From: an uncultured Planctomycetaceae bacterium
GTDB taxonomy: Bacteria > Planctomycetota > Planctomycetia > Planctomycetales > Planctomycetaceae
DNA: 64,000 nucleotides
Reading direction: 5' to 3'
Assembly: GCA_903924405.1 (NCBI GenBank)
Contig: CAIYBH010000471.1
Location: 152-64,151 of the forward strand
Shown piece by piece: positions 56,827 through 64,000 of this stretch. The position numbers were made by a program, and so were the translations under genes. The stretch's first letter is position 1; every line of letters begins with the position of its first letter. The notes under the pieces were generated by a model. It was not told the DNA's origin and did not search any database. It worked only from the letters and a program-made list of their open reading frames with translations.

Positions 56827-59361
56827 ATGAGCAGCGGAGCGTCAGCAATTCAGCGAACGGATTCAGTCTTCACCTGCGCTCCCGGGGTGTTCAACGAGGT
56901 CTATGAGGACGACGGAGCCCCGCGACCACACTGGCAGAAATTCCTGCAGGTGTTTCGCAACACCAGCCCTCAGGACTTTACACGCCGCCATCAGCAGGCG
57001 GACCGTATGCTGCGCGAGAATGGTGTCAACTACCATTCCGTCAATGCCGCCGGTGAAGGGGCTCGACCGTGGCGTCTGGATTTGTTTCCGCTTTTGACGT
57101 CAGCGGCTGAGTGGTCCGTGGCCGAGGCGGCCCTGGCACAGCGCGCCCATTTGCTGAATCTGCTGATCGCCGACATCTACGGCCCGCGTCGCCTGGTGGA
57201 TGAAGGACTGCTCCCTGCGGAATTGCTGTATGCCAATCCCGAGTTCCAGCGATCGTTCTGTGACCTTGGGCGCACAAATGATCGTCCCATGTTTCTGTAC
57301 GCCGCAGAACTGGCTCGCGCCGCCGATGGACGTTTCTTCGTCATGGCGGATCGCTCCGAGGCGCCGGCTGGTCCTGGTTTCGCTCTTGAAAATCGCATCG
57401 TCAGCTCCCGCTCTATTCCTTCGGCGTTCAAACAACTCCCCGTGGAACGTCTGGCCTCCTTCTTTGTGCGGCTGCAGAATGCTCTGCGAAAAAAAGCAGC
57501 ACGACCCACTGATCGCCCCGGAATTGTGCTGCTGACCAGCGGTCCGCGGCATCCGTACTATTTCGAAGATGTGTACCTCGCACGATATCTCGGCTACACC
57601 CTGGTCGAAGGAGGTGATCTGGCGGTGCGCTCCGACGTGCTGTACCTGAAAACACTGTCAGGCCTCGTGCCGGTGGACATTGTCCTTTCCCGATGTGCCG
57701 AATCGGGACTCGATCCCCTCGAAATGGGGGGCTATTCCGAACACGGTGTGCCAGGCATTCTGAATGCCATGCGCTGCGGCAACGTGACCATTGTCAATAC
57801 CCCTGGCTGCGGGATTGTGGGGGCCCCGGTGTTCATGCCGTTCCTGCCGCAGATCTGTCAGCGTCTGCTGGGCGAACCCCTGCTGTGGCCTTCCATCCCC
57901 ACCTGGTGGTGCGGCGATCCACATTCTTTCTCCGAGGTCCGTTCGCGTTTTGCTGACCTCGTGATCAAACCGGCGTTTCAGAAAAGCGGCGGTGAGGAAA
58001 TCATCATCAGTGACCTGGCAGCGCAACAGCGGGCGCAGTGGCTGGCACGCGTGCAGGCCGAACCATGGGCATGGGTCGCTCAGGAAAAAATCAGTCGCTC
58101 GGGAATCCCGATCTGGACCGATTCCGGGCTGCGCTGCGGACATGTCGCCATCCGGGCGTTTCTCGTGGAAGAAGAAGAACGCTGGCACCTGATGCCCGGA
58201 GGTTTGATTCGCATCGCGCCGGATACCGGGCCCATGCAGCTTTCCGTGGCCGCTGGTGACAGCAGCAAGGATCTGTGGGTCCTCGCGGATCGGCGAGTTG
58301 ACCCGGTGTCGTTGCTGACCCCGCAGGATCAGCCTGCAGAACTCAAACGCACCAGCGCTCTGTTTCCCAGTCGCGTGGCAGACAATCTGTTCTGGCTGGG
58401 CCGGTCCCTGGATCGCTGTGACTTTCTGGCACGCCTCGTCCGGGCTCTTGCCGAACGCCTGTCCGGTGAGGGCAGTGCCGAATTGCAGGACGTGCGATTT
58501 CTCGCCCGATTGCTCAGCGAACAGGGACAGCTGGAACCCGGATTTGTGCTGGAGGGCATGGAATCGCAACTCCCATCACTCGCCGAAGCGCTGCCGGCTG
58601 CGGTTTTCGATCCGGGGGAATATGGCGGTCTGGCTCCCACCGTGCAGGATCTGACCCGATTGGCCTCGTTAGTTCGGGACTGGATCAGCCCCGACACCTG
58701 GCACCGCATCAATGTGACGGCAGAAACATTCCGGACCGCGCCCAGTCGCGAATGGCGGGATCTGGCGGATGTGGTTTCTGCCACGGGTATTCTGATCGGA
58801 GACATCGCGTCGGTCAGTGGGTTGATTGCGGACGGGATGAACCGTGGGCCTTCCTGGCGTTTTCTGGAAATCGGACGCAGTATCGAACGAGCTGCAGCCA
58901 CAGCGCGCCTGCTGATCACGGCAGACCTGCGTAAGGGCAACGCCAGCCCGCTGCTGCTGAAGACTCTTGTCGAAGTGCTGGACGTGCGGATGACCTATCG
59001 ATTTCGCTACCGCGAAAATCTGCAGCGCAATGCGGTGCTGGATCTGGCCATCACGGACGAAACCAATCCTCGTTCACTCGCGTTTCAGCTGGAACGACTG
59101 ATCCAGCACACCGATCGTCTGCCAGGTTATACGACGCAGCCACTGCGTTCGCCGGAAATGCGACTGGTCATGGAAGCTGCACATGCCGTCCGCATGCTGA
59201 CCGCCGAAGATCTCGCTCAAACCGGTCTGAAAACCGTCATGACGGCGCTGCGAACCACTGAAGACGCCATGCTGAAACTCTCCGATGCACTGACCCATAA
59301 GTACCTCGTGCACTCAGGTGTGCCCAGGCAGTTCATGGAAAACACGGAAGGATCGACGTGA
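56827..59361 (+). CDS. Fused circularly permuted type-2 ATP-grasp + alpha-E domain protein
   Basis: N-terminal two thirds: FNEVYEDDGAPRPHWQKFLQVF...RMLRENGVNYH...PWRLDLFPLL...LLNLLIADIYGPRRLVDEGLLPAELLYANPEF...YLARYLGYTLVEGGDLAVRSDVLYLKTLSGLVPVDIVLSR (CP_ATPgrasp_2-like). C-terminal third: PSRVADNLFWLGRSLDRCDFLARLVRAL...SWRFLEIGRSIERAAATARLL (alpha-E-like). Confidence 0.85.
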   Translation: MSSGASAIQRTDSVFTCAPGVFNEVYEDDGAPRPHWQKFLQVFRNTSPQDFTRRHQQADRMLRENGVNYHSVNAAGEGARPWRLDLFPLLTSAAEWSVAEAALAQRAHLLNLLIADIYGPRRLVDEGLLPAELLYANPEFQRSFCDLGRTNDRPMFLYAAELARAADGRFFVMADRSEAPAGPGFALENRIVSSRSIPSAFKQLPVERLASFFVRLQNALRKKAARPTDRPGIVLLTSGPRHPYYFEDVYLARYLGYTLVEGGDLAVRSDVLYLKTLSGLVPVDIVLSRCAESGLDPLEMGGYSEHGVPGILNAMRCGNVTIVNTPGCGIVGAPVFMPFLPQICQRLLGEPLLWPSIPTWWCGDPHSFSEVRSRFADLVIKPAFQKSGGEEIIISDLAAQQRAQWLARVQAEPWAWVAQEKISRSGIPIWTDSGLRCGHVAIRAFLVEEEERWHLMPGGLIRIAPDTGPMQLSVAAGDSSKDLWVLADRRVDPVSLLTPQDQPAELKRTSALFPSRVADNLFWLGRSLDRCDFLARLVRALAERLSGEGSAELQDVRFLARLLSEQGQLEPGFVLEGMESQLPSLAEALPAAVFDPGEYGGLAPTVQDLTRLASLVRDWISPDTWHRINVTAETFRTAPSREWRDLADVVSATGILIGDIASVSGLIADGMNRGPSWRFLEIGRSIERAAATARLLITADLRKGNASPLLLKTLVEVLDVRMTYRFRYRENLQRNAVLDLAITDETNPRSLAFQLERLIQHTDRLPGYTTQPLRSPEMRLVMEAAHAVRMLTAEDLAQTGLKTVMTALRTTEDAMLKLSDALTHKYLVHSGVPRQFMENTEGST

Positions 59362-60230
59362 AATACAAGGTCACGCATCGCACCCGCTACACCTGTCAGG
59401 ACCAGGTCTCGGTCGGTCACAATCAGGCATGGCTGGAATTTCGCTCAACGGACCACCAGCAGGTGGAATCTTTCGCGCTGATGATCACCCCCGAACCTTC
59501 CGTCCGCACCCGGCGATTAGATGCCTTTCGCAATCCTGTTCAGATGTTTTCCTTCAATGAAGGCTACCAGTTGCTGGATGTCACGGCCACCACTCTGGTC
59601 ACCGTCCGGCCTCGTGAAATTTCTGCCGCCGGTCGACTGCGCACGTTGCAGGAAGGCCTGGCGATGCTTCGAAATCCGGAGGAACGTCAGCGCAATGAGG
59701 CACTCGAATTCCGCTTTGCCTCCCCCAGGATTCAATGGACTCCGGAGATTCGGGCCTACGCCGAACGTTCCCTCGCAGTCGACCGACCACTCCTGCAAAG
59801 CGTTCTTGAGCTGACACACCGACTTCACCATGACTTTGCGTACGACAATCGCGCTACCACTGTCAATACACCGATCACTGACGTGTTTCGCCTGAAACGC
59901 GGTGTCTGCCAGGACTTCGCTCATCTGCAGATTGCCATGCTCAGAGCTGTCGGAATCCCCTGTCGCTACGTCAGCGGCTACCTGCGCACCATCCCTCCCC
60001 CTGGCCAGCCGCGTCTGGTCGGCGCCGATGCCTCACACGCATGGCTATCCGTCTATCTGGGTGGCGGGGAATGGGTGGATGTGGACCCCACAAACAATCA
60101 GATCTGTGCCCGGGACCACATCACTCTGGCCTGGGGCCGAGATTACGGCGATGTGCCCCCGCTGACGGGTGTGTTTATGGGTGGTGGACAGCATCAGCTG
60201 TCAGTCAGTGTGGATGTACAACCACTGTAA
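59358..60230 (+). CDS. Transglutaminase-family protein (Bact_transglu_N + transglutaminase core)
   Basis: MKYKVTHRTRYTCQDQVSVGHN (N-domain). RGVCQDFAHLQIAMLRAVGIPCRYVSGYL...DASHAWLSVYLGGGEWVDVDPTN (Cys-His-Asp core). The GTG start overlaps the upstream stop (GTGA). Confidence 0.9.
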   Translation: MKYKVTHRTRYTCQDQVSVGHNQAWLEFRSTDHQQVESFALMITPEPSVRTRRLDAFRNPVQMFSFNEGYQLLDVTATTLVTVRPREISAAGRLRTLQEGLAMLRNPEERQRNEALEFRFASPRIQWTPEIRAYAERSLAVDRPLLQSVLELTHRLHHDFAYDNRATTVNTPITDVFRLKRGVCQDFAHLQIAMLRAVGIPCRYVSGYLRTIPPPGQPRLVGADASHAWLSVYLGGGEWVDVDPTNNQICARDHITLAWGRDYGDVPPLTGVFMGGGQHQLSVSVDVQPL

Positions 60231-60411
60231 GCAGGGCAGACTCACTGGTCCTCAGACCACGGAGGGCGAAAGGGTGTTCAGCCAGCAATCAGGCGGAAAA
60301 CGCCACTGACCTCAACTGCCGCCATCGTCGCGCAATCCCATCGTTGACGACCGCAAATCACCGTGATCGTCATTCATGAAGCCTTCGAAAGTCTGCAACG
60401 CACGTGCGGGT

Positions 60412-60448
60412 AGAAGCGAACAGAGGCTCGGTTGACACCGAGCCTCTG
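60412..60448 (-). terminator. Candidate intrinsic terminator downstream of aspS
   Basis: Perfect 11-bp stem CAGAGGCTCGG-6 nt loop-CCGAGCCTCTG (60421-60448). On the minus strand it is followed by TTCGCTTCT, 37 nt after the aspS stop. Confidence 0.55.
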
Positions 60449-60484
60449 AAGTGGCACCTGGCCATTCATTTATTCCACTGAAAC

Positions 60485-62263
60485 TCAGCCCTTTGGCGGT
60501 TCGCTGACCTCAATGTGCAGATCCCGCAATTGTCGGTCATCGACGGGGGATGGTGCACCGGTCAGCATGTCGGCGGCTTTCTGGGTTTTCGGGAAGGCAA
60601 TCACTTCGCGAATGTTGTCGTTGCCGGTCAGCAGCATGACCCACCGGTCCAGGCCAAGCGCGATTCCGGCGTGCGGCGGAGCCCCGAAGCGGAGTGCTTC
60701 AAGCAGGAAGCCAAAGCGGCGCTCCGCTTCTTCCGATCTGATATTCAACAGGTCGAAGACCATCTGCTGAATTTCGGAATCATGAATACGCACGCTGCCG
60801 CTGGCAGCTTCATAGCCGTTCACGACGAGATCGTAGCTGTCAGCTCGAACCTTCCCGGGGTCAGTTTTCAGAAACTCAGCGTCTTCCGGATTGGGCTGAC
60901 AGAACGGATGATGTTCCGCGTCGAACCGACCCTCTTCGGCATTCCACGTGACCAGCGGGAAGTCGACCACCCAGATGCAGTTGAAGGACGTGGGATCGTA
61001 GAGATTTTGTTCGCGACCGATGCGGTTTCGCAGGGCCGCGAGAGCGGCACAGGTGACTTTCCATGAGTCCGCCACAAACAGCAACAGGTCACCGTCCTGC
61101 CCCTGCATGCGGCTGATGATGGTCTGCTGTTGCTCATCGGTGAAAAACTTGGCGATGGTGGATTCGAGCTTGCCACCAGCCACCTTCATGTAGGCCAGAC
61201 CTTTGGCACCATAGTCGCCGACGAAGTTCTTCAGGTCCACATCCAGAATGCGGCGGCTGTATTTTTCGGCCCCGCCCTTGACGTTCAGACCGCGAACACG
61301 TCCCCCGGAACCGGAGACCGCCTTGAATACACCGAATTCGCTGACAGCAGCCAGATCGGTGATGTCGACAATTTCCATACCGAATCGCAGGTCCGGCTTG
61401 TCACTGCCGTAGCGTTCCATGACATCGCGGTACGTGTAGCGTTCCAGCGGCGTCGGCACATCGATGTTGCGGACCTTTTTCATCACAAAGGACACCAGCC
61501 CATCGATGGTGCTGAGGATGTCGTCGCGTTCCACGAACGACATTTCGACATCAATCTGAGTGAACTCGGGCTGCCGATCGGCACGCAGGTCCTCATCGCG
61601 GAAACAGCGAGCGATCTGGTAGTATCGATCAAAGCCGGCAACCATCAGAATCTGCTTGTAGATCTGAGGCGACTGCGGCAGGGCGTAAAAGCTGCCAGGA
61701 TGCACGCGGCTGGGGACAAGGTAATCGCGGGCGCCTTCCGGCGTACTGCGACCCAGCATGGGCGTTTCGATTTCCAGAAAGCTGCGGTCGTTGAAGTACT
61801 CGCGCACAGCCTGAGTCAATTGATGACGCAGCAGAATGTTGCGTTGCAGTTCCGGACGTCGCAGATCGAGGAAGCGGTGTTTCAGCCGCAGTTCTTCGTT
61901 GGGCAGCTCACCCCCTTCAATTTCGAAGGGCGGCGTTTTGCTGCGGGACAGCAACACCAGCTGCTGCACACGCACTTCGACTTCGCCCGTGGCCAGCCGA
62001 GGGTTAGTCATGCCTTCGCCACGCAGACGCACTTCACCGATGACGCGGATCACATCCTCGCGACGGAGACGCCGGGCCAGCGCATCAATCCGGGAATCGT
62101 CGTCGGAATTGAAGACCACCTGGGTCTTGCCGTAGCGATCGCGGAGGTCGACGAACACAAGCTCTCGACCCTGTTCCCGATAACTGTGAACCCAGCCTGA
62201 CAGGGTCACCGTCTGACCCGCATGGTCTCTGCGAAGTTCGCCGCAATGATGAGTTCTAAGCAC
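60485..62263 (-). CDS. aspS: Aspartate--tRNA ligase
   Basis: (M)[117 protein letters not shown] 60485..62320 starts at a TTG. The GTG at 62263 reproduces the canonical AspRS N-terminus. Confidence 0.95.
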   Translation of the reverse strand: MLRTHHCGELRRDHAGQTVTLSGWVHSYREQGRELVFVDLRDRYGKTQVVFNSDDDSRIDALARRLRREDVIRVIGEVRLRGEGMTNPRLATGEVEVRVQQLVLLSRSKTPPFEIEGGELPNEELRLKHRFLDLRRPELQRNILLRHQLTQAVREYFNDRSFLEIETPMLGRSTPEGARDYLVPSRVHPGSFYALPQSPQIYKQILMVAGFDRYYQIARCFRDEDLRADRQPEFTQIDVEMSFVERDDILSTIDGLVSFVMKKVRNIDVPTPLERYTYRDVMERYGSDKPDLRFGMEIVDITDLAAVSEFGVFKAVSGSGGRVRGLNVKGGAEKYSRRILDVDLKNFVGDYGAKGLAYMKVAGGKLESTIAKFFTDEQQQTIISRMQGQDGDLLLFVADSWKVTCAALAALRNRIGREQNLYDPTSFNCIWVVDFPLVTWNAEEGRFDAEHHPFCQPNPEDAEFLKTDPGKVRADSYDLVVNGYEAASGSVRIHDSEIQQMVFDLLNIRSEEAERRFGFLLEALRFGAPPHAGIALGLDRWVMLLTGNDNIREVIAFPKTQKAADMLTGAPSPVDDRQLRDLHIEVSEPPKG

Positions 62264-62709
62264 TGAATCAGATCCAAAAACAGGAGGTGGACAGAAGAAA
62301 GCCGGCGGCGGGGACAGCAAAGCCGCTGAGCCCCGGACCGGAGGCAGTATAAGGATGGGACGGATTCGGGGAAAGAATGGTTCGAAGAATCGTCCGCGGA
62401 CACAGCGGAATCACGGAATTGAGGAAAACAAGGCTGATCGACGTGAATTGCCGCGAATTTTTCGATCTGTTCGCAGGGAAGCCGGTGTTCCGGCGGTTGA
62501 TTTTGTGCCCAGCAAACCGAAATTTGCGAATCTCCCCGGCGAATTTCCAATTCCGCAGGCAAGTCACGGGGTTTTTCTGCATCCGTTTCTCATGAAATTT
62601 CGTTAAAATGCTGAACAGAGGTGCCTTACCGCGTGTCCCAACCAGTGCCGCGTAAAGCCCGCCAAAGGACCGCTGCCCGGTTCGCCCAACAGGACAGAAA
62701 GACAGACAC

Positions 62710-63699
62710 ATGACGTTGCCGGTACTGCAGGAACGCCCCGTACGCGAAGAAGATCCCCTCGATCTGATGGATGAAATCGAAGTCCTGAAGCGGGAAAAAG
62801 ATGCCACCATCCTCGCACACTTCTACGTGGATGGCGAAATTCAGGACATCGCAGATTTCACCGGCGACAGCCTGAAACTGGCCCGCGATGCCACACGCGT
62901 TACCACGTCCACCATCGTGTTCGCCGGGGTGCATTTCATGGGCGAATCCGCCAAAATCATGAACCCGGAAAAACGCGTGCTGATCCCGGACCTGCTGGCC
63001 GGCTGCTCACTGGCTGACAGCTGCCCCCCGGAACAACTAGCCGCCTTCCAGCAGCAACTGCGGGAGCAGGGACGCGATTTCCACACCGTCGCCTACATCA
63101 ACACATCTGCGGCCGTCAAAAGTCTCGTGGACTGGATCGTGACCAGCGGTAACGCCCGCGAAATCATCGATCGAGTGCCCCGCGATAAGGAAATTCTGTT
63201 CGTCCCGGATCAGCACCTCGGACGTTATCTGATGGAAGTCACCGGACGCAAAATGATCCTGTGGCCCGGTGCCTGCATGGTGCACGAAGTCTTCAGTATC
63301 CAGGATCTGATTCGCATCAAACGCAGCCATCCAGGCAGCGTTGTGATGGCCCATCCCGAATGCCCCCAGAACATCCTTGAGATCTCGGATGTGATCGGTG
63401 GTACCGAGAAAATGCGTCAGCATGTGATGAAACTGGAAACTCCCACGACGTTTCTAGTGGCCACAGAAGCCACCATGATCCATCCGCTGCAGAAGATCGC
63501 ACCCCAGCACACCTACATTCCCGTCCCGGGCATCATGACGACCACCGGCGAAACCTGTGCCTGCAACAAATGTCCGCACATGGCCAGAAACACGCTTCAG
63601 AAAATCCGCGACTGCCTCCGCGATGGTCGCCCGGAAATTGAGTGGAAGGACTACTTCGCCAAAGCCCGGGAAGTCCTCGATCGAAGCCTGCTGCAGTAA
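62710..63699 (+). CDS. nadA: Quinolinate synthase NadA
   Basis: [82 protein letters not shown] and C.CNKCPHM are canonical NadA blocks, including the Fe-S cysteines. Confidence 0.95.
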   Translation: MTLPVLQERPVREEDPLDLMDEIEVLKREKDATILAHFYVDGEIQDIADFTGDSLKLARDATRVTTSTIVFAGVHFMGESAKIMNPEKRVLIPDLLAGCSLADSCPPEQLAAFQQQLREQGRDFHTVAYINTSAAVKSLVDWIVTSGNAREIIDRVPRDKEILFVPDQHLGRYLMEVTGRKMILWPGACMVHEVFSIQDLIRIKRSHPGSVVMAHPECPQNILEISDVIGGTEKMRQHVMKLETPTTFLVATEATMIHPLQKIAPQHTYIPVPGIMTTTGETCACNKCPHMARNTLQKIRDCLRDGRPEIEWKDYFAKAREVLDRSLLQ

Positions 63700-64000
63700 C
63701 GAATCGCAAAAAGGGGTCAGGTCTCTTTTTTATAGCCGCATTCTGTGTGCCCCATTAGCGGCAGCGCGTCAGCACGCGGTGTGAGCCTCCCCATTGCGAT
63801 CCAATCGCGAAGCGCTGCCGGCAATTCGCCGTGGGTGTCAATCTACGGTCATGCGAACAGAACACCTCACCAAGCCGTGAAACGGCGGCAGAAGTCGCTA
63901 CGCAATTAACGCGGAACAGCCACAGTGTTTTTGTGTTGGTTCCCACCCACGGCGGGCACCTTGCGGCTCACTTGCACCTCCCGATGAATGATCGTATCCA

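Noticed and set aside
63700-64000. A-run/T-run (caaaaagggg...tctcttttttat) after nadA as a terminator, a 63-aa minus ORF (63755..63946), and an open plus frame to the window end
   Set aside because: No stable stem lies between the A and T runs. The ORFs are short with unconvincing composition. No ORF enters from the right edge on the minus strand: stops occur in all three frames within the last 100 nt.

Overview
GC-rich bacterial chromosome segment with a Planctomycetota gene repertoire: LEPR-XLL giant protein, DUF1559/H-X9-DG pseudopilin, PSCyt1 cytochrome domains, CRTAC1/ASPIC-UnbV FG-GAP lipoproteins, giant TPR proteins. No rRNA, tRNA or CRISPR array was seen. 1-8521 looks like an ORF desert in the supplied track, but it is one giant minus-strand gene that runs off the window, with three internal tandem-repeat families. 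Next comes a decayed ISL3 transposase. A redox-flavoured accessory region follows at 10.8-25.5 kb: two PSCyt1+WD40 proteins bracket a FabZ-like gene, a ThuA gene, and a predicted outer-membrane beta-barrel gene followed by a 1480-aa multiheme cytochrome fused to an LVIVD propeller. After a 1.4-kb gene-poor gap come a secreted Cys-rich protein, a DCC oxidoreductase and an EEP nuclease/phosphatase. A 16-kb minus-strand cluster at 29.9-45.7 kb holds a heptaheme cytochrome, two CRTAC1 lipoproteins, a pseudopilin, TPR proteins and a 2213-aa TPR giant. Two tetrahydromethanopterin-biosynthesis genes and two membrane proteins follow. Housekeeping genes (phoH, 7TM-HD, RluA-type, aspS, nadA) are interrupted by a four-helix-bundle (23S-IVS/Avd family) gene enclosed by 9-nt-periodic inverted repeat arrays, and by an ATP-grasp/alpha-E/transglutaminase module. 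The best candidates for undescribed biology are the porin-cytochrome-like pair, the cytochrome/CRTAC1/pseudopilin cluster and the repeat-bracketed 4HB cassette. All family calls come from reading motifs by eye; no searches were run.
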